From contig NC_043023.1 in the NCBI RefSeq assembly GCF_006345805.1, positions 20,212,001-20,276,000 of the forward strand: DNA of 64,000 nt, read 5' to 3'. Position 1 is the first letter of the stretch. Each line of letters opens with the position of its first letter. The translations under genes and the position numbers were made by a program. The notes under the pieces are model-generated. The model had not been told where the DNA came from. It saw only the letters and a list, made by a program, of their open reading frames with translations, and ran no database searches. Below are positions 22,908 to 35,752 of this stretch, one piece after another. Source of the DNA: Octopus sinensis (taxonomy: Eukaryota).

Positions 22908-23370
22908 TAATATGTATAGATATGAGTGTGTGTGTGTGTATAATATATACAGTTGTGTATATAGATATATGTATACATACAACCAAAGACCTGAATACAC
23001 AAATATAACTGTATGCATGTGTATATATATATATATATATATACACCTGTGAACACACAAACATATATACACACATGTAGAAATGTATATATACACTTTG
23101 TACATGTATTTATACATTCTCATTTATGTAAACATTACATTATATAATTATGTTTCTGCGTATGCACACGACTGTCTGTATTTGTATACATTCATGTAAA
23201 TACATATATATACATGGTTAGCACACTTGGCTCTGAATCCTGCGATCTGAGTTCATGTCTCGGTGAGACCTTATATATTTAGAGGCCTTGCTCCAGTATG
23301 GCTGCAATCATGTGACGGAATTGAATGAAACAATTAAATACATGCATGTTTGTGTATATAGATATGTATG

Positions 23371-23401
<31 letters not shown>

Positions 23402-24402
23402 GTACGTATATATATGTATATGTATATATGTATATGTATATATATATGTATATGTGTATATGTATGTGTATATGTATATGTATATATGTATATATGTATA
23501 TATGTATATGTGTGTATGTATATGTGTGTATGTATATATATATGTATGTATATGTATATATGTGTGTATGTGTATATATGTGTGTATGTGTATATATGTG
23601 TGTATGTATATATATGTGTGTATGTATATATATATGTATATATATGTGTGTATGTATATAATGTATATGTGTGTATGTATATATATATGTATATATATGT
23701 GTGTATATATATATGTGTATATATGTGTGTGTATGTATATATATGTGTATATATGTGTGTGTATGTATCTATCTATACGTACAAGTGTGTATTTCAAATA
23801 TATATATTGAAGCATCATTGCCTTTAAATCTGGTTTATTAAACTAGCCTTTCTTTCTCTCTCTCTCTCTCTCTCCTTCCTCTGTTAACCTCACTGCCTCT
23901 CTCTCTCTCTCTCTCTCTCTCCCTCCCTCTCTCTTCCATCATTCCATTCTAGCAATATCGTTTCGAAGGTTCCACACCAACCGAAGAGAGAGAGAGATGG
24001 AGACGGAGAGAGACCCGGTGGTGCTGACATTCTTCAGATACCAAATCGGTGATGAAGACAGGATTTCTGTTCATAGAAACAGCAATGGGCTTAACAAGCA
24101 CCGTTTCGAGTTACTGAGTTACGAGGAGTTACCAGTGGTGGTGGTGGGGGGGCATGGGGGGAAGCGCCTGATAGTAGTTTGTGGGTGTGTCTCTGCATGT
24201 GTGTGTGTGAATGCCTCTGGTCTTTCTGTGAGTACCTTTGTGTGTGTGTGTGTGTAAGAGAGTGCGTCAGTGTGTGTGTGTGTGAAAGAGAGAGAGAGAG
24301 AGTACCTCTATGTGTGTGTGAGTGCTTGTGTGTGTGTGAGAGAGTGCCTCTGTGAGTGTGTGTGTTGTGAGTGTGTTTTTAAGAGAGTGCCTTTGTGAGT
24401 GC

Positions 24403-24440
<38 letters not shown>

Positions 24441-24749
24441 TACTTCTGTATGTGTGTGTGTGTGTGTTGTCAGAGAAAGTCTGTGAGTACCTTTGTGTCA
24501 GTGTGTGCATGTGTGTGTGTGTGTGTGCATATGCATGTGTGCTTGACAGTATTTCTCGGTGTGTGTGTGTTTGTGTCGGTTGGTGCATATGTGTGCATCT
24601 GTCAGCACCAACGAGCGGAATCTCGACTGCTTACCTGGCAGTTTTATTGAAGAACTCATTAGTTTTTCTTTCTTGAATTTGTTAATTAAATTACAAGCGA
24701 AAGATTGACACCATTGCTATTATTATTATTATTATTATATTATTATTAT

Positions 24750-25360
24750 TTTGAGATCAATAGACTGAGGTCAACGTAATCGACTTATCTCTCCCTTCCA
24801 AAATTGCTGGCTTTCTGCTAAAATTAGAGAGAATTAGTATTATTACAAATGGTAAGGTATTGTTATTATTATTATTAAATTCTGCCAAGGTCAACTTTGC
24901 CTTTCATCCTTTCGGGGTTGATAAATTAAGTACCAATTATGTACTGGGTTTGATCTAATCGACTGACCCCCACCCCTAAAATTTTGGGCCTTGTGCCTAG
25001 AGTAGAAAACATTTGTCTGTCCTTGTTTGTCCCCTCTGTGTTTAGCCCCTTGTGGGCAATAAGGAAATAATAATAATAATTATTATTATTATTTAAGGTG
25101 GTGAGCTGGCAGAAACGTTAGCATGCCGGGCGAAATGTTTAGCAGTATTTTGTCTGCCATTACGTTCTGAGTTCAAATTCCACCAATGTCAGCTTCCATC
25201 CTTTTAGGGTCGATAAATTAAGGACCAGTTGTGTACTGGGGTCAATGTGACCGACTAGCTTTCCTGCCCCCAAATTTTCTGGCTTGGTGCCTATAGCAGA
25301 AAGCATTATTATTATTGTTGTTGTTGTTATTACTGAAGGCAGGGATCTGACAGAAAGCAT
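24750..25360 (+). mobile_element. Cluster of 3-4 same-orientation SINE family B copies with (ATT)n/(AAT)n spacers
   Basis: Repeated ctttcatcctt..ggggt.gataaattaag domains. Confidence 0.8.
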
Positions 25361-25449
25361 GGCAGAATGTCAAAGATCTTGTTTGTTGCCCTCATGAGGC
25401 CCAGAGCTCAGCCAAGTTGGCTCCATGAGGCCCAATCCTTGAAATGTGC

Positions 25450-25715
25450 TTTTTACGCACCACTGGTGCAGGTGCCAGTTATGTAACCCCAGCATTGGCT
25501 ATCACTACGATTTCACTTGGCTTGAGGGGTCTTCTCAATCACAGCACATCACCAAAGGTCTCGGTCACCAGTCATTGCCTCTGTGAGGCCCAAAGTTCGA
25601 AGATCATGCTTCACCACCTCATCCCATGTCTTCCTGGGTTTACCTCTACCACAGATTCCCTCTACAGTCAGAGATCGACACTCCTTTACACGGCTGTCCT
25701 CGTCTCTTGTGAATA
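25450..25715 (-). mobile_element. RTE-clade LINE 3' end (ORF2 C-terminus plus start of 3' UTR)
   Basis: A minus frame gives EDSRVKECRSLTVEGICGRGKPRKTWDEVVKHDLRTLGLTEAMTGDRDLW*CAVIEKT, matching the RTE RGRPRKTW...DL..LGL...DR..WR motif. It continues into gtaaaaagcac tail sequence. Confidence 0.85.
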
Positions 25716-26184
25716 AAACACCCACTGCCCTCTAGATAGACAGACAGACAGATAAGTTTCTTTATTGGCCACACAGGGCTGCACACAGATGGGACAAATT
25801 ACAAGGTAGAGCTTTTCTTTTGGGGGATGAAAAAGAAACAAGAAACAAAAGAAGCAAAAAAAAAGTGGCGTAGGTTTTCGATCAAAAGGGAAAAAAGGAA
25901 AAAAAAAGAAACAAAAGAAGAAAAAAGAGAAAAAAAGGGGATGAGGGGAAAAAAACGATCAATAGGGATCGTGTATCACAGTGTCATGATGTATGGTGTA
26001 AAGGGGGAAGCAGATAAGATTTATCCGTGGGAAGAAAAGCCTACGAAAAAGACCACGGTAACCTCGGTCAATATTGTTATATGTTAACACATTTGTTTGC
26101 AAGTGGGTAACCCTGTAGACAGGTAGATAGATGGTTGGGTAGATGGGTTGATTGATTGATAGACAGTTGGGTAGTTTAGATAGG

Positions 26185-26412
26185 CAGGTAACTGGCAGAA
26201 CCGTTAGCACGCCGGGCGAAATGCTTTGCGGTATTTCGTCTGCGTTACGTTGTGAGTTCAAATTCCGCCGAGGTCGACTTTACCTTTCATCATTTCAGGG
26301 TCGATAAATTAAAGTACCAGTTACGCACTGGCGTCGATGTGATCGACTTAATACCTATGTCTGTCCTTGTTTGTCCCCTCTGTGTTTAGCCCCTTGTGGG
26401 TAGTAAAGAAAA
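26185..26412 (+). mobile_element. SINE family B
   Basis: ctggcagaaccgttagcacgccgggcgaaatgc...ccccttgtgggtagtaaagaaa. Confidence 0.88.
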
Positions 26413-27118
26413 AGGTAAATAGACAAAGAGATGAATGGAGAGAGAGAGGTTGATAGATGCATGGATGAGTAGTTAGAGAGAAAGAGATAAAGGAGAGATT
26501 GCTGGAGAGACAGATAAACGGGTGGTTGGATGGATGGATGGTTGGATGGTTAGGCAGCCAGGCCTGATAAGCTCCGCCAAATTGGTAAAAGAGCTAGAAG
26601 GAGAGATATATGAAGCAGAGAGAGAGAGAGAGGAAAGGATGATGGGGTGGGGGGCAGAAGAAAGCTCTGCAAAATAGGTGTACGTTGACAGCTGGATATT
26701 TCTTTCATTCTGGGGGGTGGGGGTGGCTGGGGTAGATAGCAGTATGAGGGGTGGAGGGAGGGAGATGCGGCAGAGTCAGGTAGACAGACAGACACACGGA
26801 CGGACGGGCAGGCAGGCAGGAGGACATGAGAGACCCAGAAACCAACACCAAATGTTTTTTATTGTCTCACTTTTCTGTCTGTGTTTTTGAAACTTGTGTT
26901 GAGTCATTGCGGGTGGCGGAGGCGGCGGCGGCGCAAAAGGGTGTTACATGAGCTGGTGGAAGTGGCGACGGTGGTGGTGGTGGTGGTGGTGGTGGTGGAG
27001 GCGGTAGAACATAGGGTACGGGGGTGGGGGGGGCGGTGTTTTTAAGGGAGACTTCACTGCTGTTTCTAGCAAGTGGAGCGACCACGTGGAGGGCGATTGG
27101 CGATGTCAGATGGCTGTG

Positions 27119-27505
27119 GTTGTTATTGTTTAACCCTAGGTCAGACCTGTTCCAGACAGACCCATGATCAAAGACGCTCCACCTGTGACCATCCCATCTT
27201 TTATTCAGACATAGTGTATCTAGGACTACATTATCTAATGTATAGTACAGGAGTTACTATTAGTGGCTGCTGTAGCTGTTTAGCCCCGGGTCAGTCCTGA
27301 TCCAGTTGAAAGACCTATTATCAGAGACGTTCCAGCTATGACCATCCCGTCTTTTATTCAGGCATAGTGTATCTAGGACTACATTATCTAAAGTATAGTA
27401 TAGTAGTTAGTATTAGTGGCTATAGTTGTGTTGCTTAGCCCCAGGTCAGTCCTGATCCAGACAGACCTATGATCAAAGACATTCCGATTGTGACCACCCT
27501 GTCTT
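27119..27505. repeat. Second array (~2.7 copies) of the same ~150-bp unit as 16218-16893
   Basis: Shared ccaggtcagtcctgatccagacagacctatgatcaaagac and atagtgtatctaggactacattatctaa blocks, in the same orientation. Confidence 0.9.
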
Positions 27506-28462
27506 GTGTTTCTTAATATACACAGCACGTTTAAAATACTGTTGTCCAGTGTGTCCTCCTTCTGATATTGATTTTTAAAGGTAGATTTGGCTGCTATTTC
27601 TTGCCTGTTGATGGGCTGCATCAAGGCATCCTTTGTTGGTTTGTGGTGGATGGGGAAGATGAGGATGGTGGAGGAGATGGTGTTAATGTCAATAATGGTA
27701 TTGTTGACGTCATTGGGGGGGTGGAAGGGAGGTGGGTGAGGTGGGGAGGGCATGACTGGATCCAGGATTTATTGTGTATTGTGTGTGTGTGTGTGTGCAT
27801 GGGATTTAATGTAGATGTGTGTATGTGTATATGTGTGTGTGTATATATGTGTGTGTGTATATATACATATGTGTGTGTATGTATGTATGTATATATATAT
27901 ATATATATATGTGTGTATGTATATATACATGTGTGTGTATATATGTATATATATGTATGGTGTGTGTGTATGTATATGTGTGTGTATGTATATATGTGTG
28001 TGTGTATATATGTGTGTGGTATGTATATATATGGTGTGTGTATGTATATATATATATATATATATATATACATGTGTGTGTATGTGTGCGTTTTGTGCAC
28101 ATGTATGTGTTTGTGTGTTTGTTTAGTGTACGTGTACGTGTGTATGTGTGTGTGTTTTGAAAGTTTGAGTGGGCGGCCAGATGGACTGTGTTTATCAGCA
28201 ACAGAGGGGTGTGGGGCAAGGGTGGATGGTGGTGGTGGTGATGTAACAAAACAAAGCACATCACAGTTGATGAGGTCATTTGGTGAGGTGGCGGCGAGGC
28301 AGGCGGGAGGCAGTGGTGGTGGTCGTATTGTCTGCTGTCTGCATGTTTGTATGTTCCCCCATCTTTCATCTTGTTTCAGCTAGTAGACTCTGTGGCCATG
28401 CTGGGGCACCACCCTCGAAAAGTGTTCGTCGAAAGAATGAATTGAACCACCACCACCAATCA

Positions 28463-28712
28463 TTACTCTTTACTCTTTTACTTGTTTCAGTCATTTGACT
28501 GCAGCCATGCTGGAGCACCGCCTTTAGTCGAGCAAATCGACCCCGGGACTTATTCTTTTGTAAGCCCAGTACTTATTCTATCGGTCTCTTTTGCCGAACC
28601 GCTAAGTGACGGCCCGAGGCTATAGTAGAAGACACTTGCCCAAGGTGCCACGCAGTGGGACTGAACCTGGAACCATGTGGTTGGTAAGCAAGCTACTTAC
28701 CACACAGCCACT
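28463..28712 (-). mobile_element. SINE family A with the central region deleted
   Basis: gctaagtgacg joins directly to gcccgaggctatag at ~28610. Confidence 0.85.
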
Positions 28713-29289
28713 CCATGTTGAATGGAGATTATTGACCAGATATATTCTCTCGTTCTTGGGCCTTTGTGGCACTTCAACAACCGTGGCATTCACACGTGCG
28801 TTCGGTGGGTGGGTGGGGGCTTTGTACGTATCTCCCTCCCTCACGCCCACCCACACACCAAACCCCACAATGTTGTCCATTTTGATACAGATGCATCACC
28901 CTGCACCAGTGCCACACCCTTCACTCCTACAATCACAACTACCACCACCATCACCACCACCATCATCATCATCACCACCACCACCATCATCGTCATCATC
29001 ATCACCCACCACCACCACCAATACCACCATGACCACCATCATCTGCTTCATTCTCTTTGTTTTCCTCTCAATCCAGCCAGAATTCTGTTCTGTCTCTTGC
29101 TCTCACCATACGCATGTATGTAGACATGGGTGTAGACCTCATCTATACACACCCACATAAGTGCACGCGTGTGCACTTGTCTAATCGTAACGGGCATGCG
29201 TTGTGCACAACTTATCTAAAAATATATACATACATTCACACACGCATGCATATATACATATATATATGTATATATATATATATATATAT

Positions 29290-29740
29290 TCTCTTTTACT
29301 TGTTTCAGTCATTTGACTGTGGCCATGCTGGAGCACCGACTTTAGTCCAACGAAATGACCCCAGGCCTTATTCTTTGTAAGTGTAGTACTTATTCTAGCA
29401 GTCACTTTTGCTGAACTGCTAAGTTACGGGGACGTAAACGCAACATTGGTTGTCTAGTGATTGTGGTGGGAACAGACACACACCTATATATATATATGTA
29501 CATATATATATATATATATATATATGTACATATATATATATATATATATGTACATATATATATATATATACATATATATACACACGACAGGCTTCTTTCA
29601 GTTTCCGTCTACCAAATCCACTCACAAGGCTTTGGTCTGCCCAGGGCTATAGCAGAAGACACTTGCCCAAGGTGCCATGCAGTGGGACTGAACCCGGAAC
29701 CATGTGGTTGGTAAACAAGCTACTTACCACACAGCCACAC
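29290..29740 (-). mobile_element. SINE family A
   Basis: Tail, expanded microsatellite and head on the minus strand. Confidence 0.88.
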
Positions 29741-30012
29741 ACACACATATATACATATTCACCTAATCATACACACACACACACACACATATTTATATAC
29801 ATTCCCACTGCATCAGTGTTATTGTTGTTTAACCCTAGGCCAGTCCTAATCGTGGAGACCAGCTATTAAAGACAGCCCAGTAGTGGCCTTCCCATTTTTA
29901 CCTCTGGTTTTTCTAAGGCACGAAGGACAGTTTGGTTTTAGATTTGGCTGCTATTTCTAACGCATCAAACTGCCTGGATGTCTCCCCAGCCGTGCGTGTG
30001 TGTGTGTGTGTG

Positions 30013-30060
<48 letters not shown>

Positions 30061-30782
30061 ATGTAATTCTCACCATTCAGTACCTCTACCCCCCCCAGCC
30101 GCCATCGTCATCACCAGTTCATCATTTTGCCTCCCACACTTATTGTTGTTGCTTCATCACTCTCCACCTCTCCACCATGACCACCACCACCTCCTCCTGG
30201 TCCACCATAGTTTTTCACTTCCATGCTCCCTGTCCCTATGTACAGCTGTGGGCCGGTGTGGGTGTGTGTGTGTGTATTATATATGTGTGTGTGTATATAT
30301 GTGTGTGGGTGTGTGAGTGTATATGTGTCTGTGTATGTATGTATGTGGGTGTGTGTGTATGTATATATGTGTGTGTGTATATATGTGTGTGTGTGTATAT
30401 ATATATATATGTGTGTGTGTGTATATATTTATCTATACACACACGTGTGTGTGTGTGTGTGTGACCAGGAGAAGGTTATGGTATGTGTGTGTATGTGTGT
30501 CTCTGGGTATATATAATGTACACATACATATAAACACATGAATGTACGTTTGTGTGTGTGTGTAAATATGTGAATGTCTGTGTGTGTGTGTGTGTATACA
30601 AGTATATATATGTATATACTGTATGCAAGTGTAATATATATATATATTTGTGTGTGTGTGTATATATATATATAATATAGATAATATATATATATGTGTG
30701 TGTATACAAGTATATATATGTATATACTGTATGCAAGTGTGTATATATATCTCATCACACATGTATTCAGTCAACCCTTTAC

Positions 30783-30815
<33 letters not shown>

Positions 30816-30939
30816 CATCCACACAACACTCACTCCTCCCTCCCTCCCTCCCTCTTCATTCCATACATACCAAAAACCACAGCCTCAGTCACTGCTGCTT
30901 GCCATAGTAGTAGTCGTAGTAGTAGCAGTGGTGGTGGTG

Positions 30940-32740
30940 GTGGTTTTGTAATTTGTAGTAGTGTGGGTGATAGTAGTAATCAGGGTTGAATTGTTGTTGC
31001 CACAGACGTAGTATATATATATATAGAAAACGAGTGGTGCCTATCTTTGGTATAGGTGGTAGTGCTGCTTCTAAACACTTCTTCACTGTTGTGGCTTGTG
31101 TGGTAGTATGTATTAAATCCCTTCTCGGAAGTGGCGACAGCAACTTACAGTATTGGTGGTAGTTGTGGTGGTGGTGGTAATAGCTATTATTACTGTTGTA
31201 GCTTGTGTGATAGTAGTAATAGTGGTGATAGCAACTTACAGTATGTGTGGTAGTAGAGGAGTGGTAAGTATTTGTTGGTGGTCGTGGTTGAGGTGGTAGT
31301 TGTTATGGTGTGCTGCTCTGTTGTGGCTTGTGTGGTAGTATTAAGCCTTCTCAGAATGGTGACAGCAACTTACAGTATGTGTGGTAGTAGAAGCAGTTGT
31401 AAGTATTATTATTGGTGGTCGTGGTTGGAGTGGCAGTTTTACAGGTCATAGTAGTTGTGGTAGTGGTGGTGGTTGTAAGTGGTGCTCAAAGAAGTTCTTC
31501 CCTGCTGTTGTTTCGGTGGTAGTAACCATGTGACGCTGGTGGTGGTGGTGATGGGTTTGTTCTCTCCCCGCCAGATTCCGTGACCATCCAGCCTCCATGT
31601 CTCACTGAACAAACAACCCCCCTCCACCACCGCCCCCCCCCTCGCCCCCCCCCACAACACTTCCCTCACTCTTCCCTCTTCCATGGTTCTCTTACCTCTT
31701 ACTATCACCACCACAGCAAGAGCTCTCTCTCTCTCTGTCTCCCTTACACTTTCTCCTACCTCTCTCTCTTCCTCTCTATTTACTCCCTTCCACCACCACC
31801 ATCGTCCTCTTCCTACCTTCCCCCTTGTCTTCCCCCCCTCTGACCACCATTCATACTCCTTCCACCACCACCACCACCACCACTTCTCCACTGGTGCCTG
31901 CTTTGCTCTCTTCCCCTCCCTCTCCTCCCTGTGTTTTGCCACCGTCCCTCTCCCTCTCCCACCGCCGCCTCCGCCGCCACCATTCAGCCATCCATGAATC
32001 CCATCCACCTAACCAACCAACCAGCCAGACTTTCCATCTTATCACCCTCTCTTTCCCTTCCTTCCCTCCCTCCCTCCCTGTCCACTGTGTGCGTGCCCGC
32101 GCCCCCCTCTCTCTCTCTGTTATTCAACCACCACGCACCCCCTCCCGGCCTTTACCGCCGCCGCCGCCGCCACCACCACCACCACACCACCACCACCATG
32201 TCACTGTTTCCTATTCACACCCACACTTCTTCTTCCATCCACTCTCATCTCTCTCTCTCTCTCTCTCTTTGTTTCTTTACCTTCCCCTTCCCATTTCACC
32301 ACCGACGCCGCCTTCGCCGCCACCACCACCATATCTGTTTCTCATTTTCAAGCACACACGCACGCACACACTCTCTGTACCTGTGTGTGTGTGTCTCTCT
32401 CTCTCTGTCTCTTTGTTTCTTTACCTTCCCCTTCCCATTTCACCACCGCCGCCGCCACCACCACCATACACACTCTCTCCCTCCCTCCCTCCGTCTCTGT
32501 ACCTGTGCGCGTGTGTGTGCGTGTCTCTCTCTCTCTCTGTGACTGTTTCTTTGTTTCTCTCCTTTCTCTCTTCCTCCTCCACCACCATCACCACATATCT
32601 CTCCCTCCCTCCCTCCATCTCTTTTTCCTCTTCCACCCCCCCATCTCTCTCTCTCTCACCTTTTCTCTTTCTTTCCCTCTCTCTCATATCCCAACACACA
32701 CACACACACACACACAGCTACATTCTCTGCTGGGAAGTCA
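30940..32740. repeat. Low-complexity block: (GGT/AGT)-rich then (CT/CAC/CCG)-rich, with internal duplications
   Basis: gcaacttacagtat occurs three times (~31140, 31231, 31366). ctttgtttctttaccttccccttcccatttcaccaccg occurs twice (~32267, 32410). Confidence 0.85.
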
Positions 32741-33228
32741 CAGAAGAGTTTCTCTTAATTTCTGCCTGGCTTCCACCAACCTCCTCACCATACACACACA
32801 CACACACACATCTATATATATACACACACACACATCTATGGACACAGTGACATATACATACATGCACACACACAACACATCACATAAGGCCATCTCTCCA
32901 TCCTCCAACTCTGCTCAAACTCTTTGTGTGTGTGTGTGTGTGTGTGTACGCGTGTCTGTCTGTGTGAGTGTGACTCTGGGAGGAGGAGGAGGAGGAGAGG
33001 AAGCGGTGTGCGAGAGAGAGAGAGGGGGAGAGAGTTAGTTTGTTACGGAGAAGGGTGAGAGAGAGGGGGAAGGAACCTGCTCTCCTCTCGCACTTTGCAG
33101 GACGGTCCGCGCAGGATTAAGACGCATTCTCTTGCTTCTGGGGGAAGAGAAAAGAACATCAACATCAAAACTTTAACCCCTTTTGGAATTTAAAATCCCT
33201 AAATCCTTACGAAAAAAAAAAAAAAAAA

Positions 33229-33512
33229 GACCCTTACTTCTCTCGTATATATATATATATATATATATTAGTAGTATATATATTATTGCATATTGTATAT
33301 AATATAATATATATATATATACATACATTGGATTGGAAAAAACTCATTTCTCTGAAAAAAAAATTACCTTTTTGGATAATTTTGCCTTTTACACTCACGT
33401 ATGTATATCAATTGCTTTTAGTACACCCTTAAAAGACCCTTACTTCTCTTGTATATATATACTAGTAGTATATATATTATTGCATATTGTATATATAATA
33501 ATATACTTTATA

Positions 33513-33562
<50 letters not shown>

Positions 33563-33660
33563 TAGATTGGAAAAATAACTCATTTCTTTGAAAAAAAATT
33601 ACCTTTTTGGATAATTTTGCCTTTTACACTCACGTATGTATATCAATTGCTTTTAGTAGA
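33229..33660. repeat. Direct tandem duplication of ~200-230 bp
   Basis: gacccttacttctct...gattggaaaaa...ttacctttttggataattttgccttttacactcacgtatgtatatcaattgcttttagta occurs twice. Confidence 0.92.
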
Positions 33661-34206
33661 GCCTTAATTGAGGATATTAATTAATTTATAACACACACTC
33701 ACATAAAGAATCTATTACCTTTTCATTGATGTGTTTAAAAAAAAAAAACTGCAGAAAAGTTATATATATTTTCTATATGTGTGTGTATATTAATTACAGA
33801 TATGTAATTAATATACTTGAATGTTTTTTCATTATTTTTTATTAATGAGGAGCGAAAGTTGGAGTGACTCGAGAACTGAATGTTTCGTGTATATATTTGG
33901 CACTTTACCAAAAACTATACACGCGCGAATATATATGTGTGTGTGTGTGTGTGTGTGTATACATGTATAGTATGTGCGTATATTTTTCATTCTAAATTTT
34001 TCCTTAATTGATCAACAGTAGTTTGTTACCAAGTGTGACTCGGGGGCTGAGAGTTTCGCGTAGTGCAGCACTATCATCAGCGAACCTTTAATATAACCAC
34101 ACACGCATACACAGCCTCTGTTTTCTGGGGATTTTTGTTTTTTTACCTTTCATGCAAGCATTTGTGTACACACACATATATATATATATATGTATATATA
34201 CATATG

Positions 34207-34902
34207 TATATGGATTCATAAAATCTTGTGGCTTTCACAGTAAGCTCCTCTGACAGACTTGGCTAGCAGACCACACAGTAATCCAATACCGAGGATTATT
34301 ATTATTACTACATGAAGAAGGCTGCTACAATACATGTCTTCAAGTGATGAATATGTTTGTGACATTTGTCGGCTTATGAAACTATTAGTAGCAGCACTTC
34401 AAGACGTGTATTGTGTCCTTTAAAATAAATAGTATTTATCTTTCAGAACCAGATTGGAGGGGACGTGTTTCTTTGGGTTTTTTTTCTCATGGTGCTTTCG
34501 ATAAACTCCGACAGACAAGAATTTCAAAGTTCTTGGTGTGTGGATCTCTGTCCATATGAAAAAGTTGTGCATCAATAAATATGCACACATTCACACCACA
34601 TGCACACACACATGCATATATGGGTACAGGACGTATATATATATATATATATATATATTATGTCTATAAACACACACACACACACCTGGTGATGTTTTTG
34701 ACATATAAACCATAAAAAGTCGGGAGCTCACAAGAGATGAATAAATATATTTATTTAACCACTTGACATCTTCACCATTCAGCAGCCTTCTTCATGTAAT
34801 AATGATAATAAACCCTCTGTATTGGGATTACTGTGTGGTCTGCTAGCCGTGTCTGGTAGAGGAGCTTACTGTGAAAGCGACGTGATTTTATGAATCCATA
34901 TA
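34207..34902. repeat. Inverted repeat with ~120-bp arms (34207-34326 and 34781-34902), about 90% identical, ~450-bp spacer
   Basis: tatatggattcataaaatc...gctttcacagtaagctcctct...ggctagcagaccacacagtaatcc...catgaagaaggctgct is mirrored by the reverse complement of 34781-34902. Confidence 0.9.
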
Positions 34903-35258
34903 CTACACTGCAAATTTCTATACAATTTATACACACGCATATGTGTGTGTGTATATGTACATATATACATGCACACACATGCATATATATTCTTCTTTCA
35001 TGCATATCAGTTGGAATTCTAAATGTCAACTACATGAAACCTTTAGTTGTGTTGGGAAAAAATGTTATTTATCAAAATGTGTGTGTGTCGTGCAAATAGA
35101 TTTATCATTCTTGTGGAACAAAGATTTCAGGAAGTGCCTCACCTCACGGTTGATTTATTGCATATATATATATACACCCTGTCTACTTCAAAATTTAATA
35201 TTCATACACACACACCCATTTATCATAATGTTCTTTGTAGTTTGAGAATGTGTGTGTG

Positions 35259-35298
<40 letters not shown>

Positions 35299-35399
35299 TA
35301 TTGTATATATACTTGGTGCTCCAGCATGGCCACTGTCAAATGACTGAAACAAGTTCCAAGACTAAAAGAATAATACATGTATGTGTGTTTAATTGTTTT

Positions 35400-35752
35400 T
35401 TTATTACCCACAAGGGGCTGAATATAGAGGGCACAAAAAAAGGGATTAAGTTGATTACATCGACCCCCAATCTGTAATTGGTACTTATAAGTCAACGTCG
35501 GCGGAATTTGAACTCAGAATACCTATTTGTTTACTGCCCATAAGGGGCTAAACATGGAGAGGACAAACAAGGACTGATAAATGGATTAAATCGATTACAT
35601 CGACCCCAGTGTGTAACTGGTACTTAATTTATCGACCCCGAAAGGATGAAAGGCAAAGTCGACTTTGGCGGAATTTGAACTCAGAACGTAACGGCAGACG
35701 AAATATGGCTACGATTTTCGCCCGGCGTGCTAACGGTTCTGCCAGCTTGCCG
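35400..35752 (-). mobile_element. Two tandem SINE family B copies (one partial)
   Basis: ttta(t/c)t(a/g)ccca(c/t)aagggg tail occurs twice. The head ends ...ttctgccagcttgccgcc. Confidence 0.85.
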
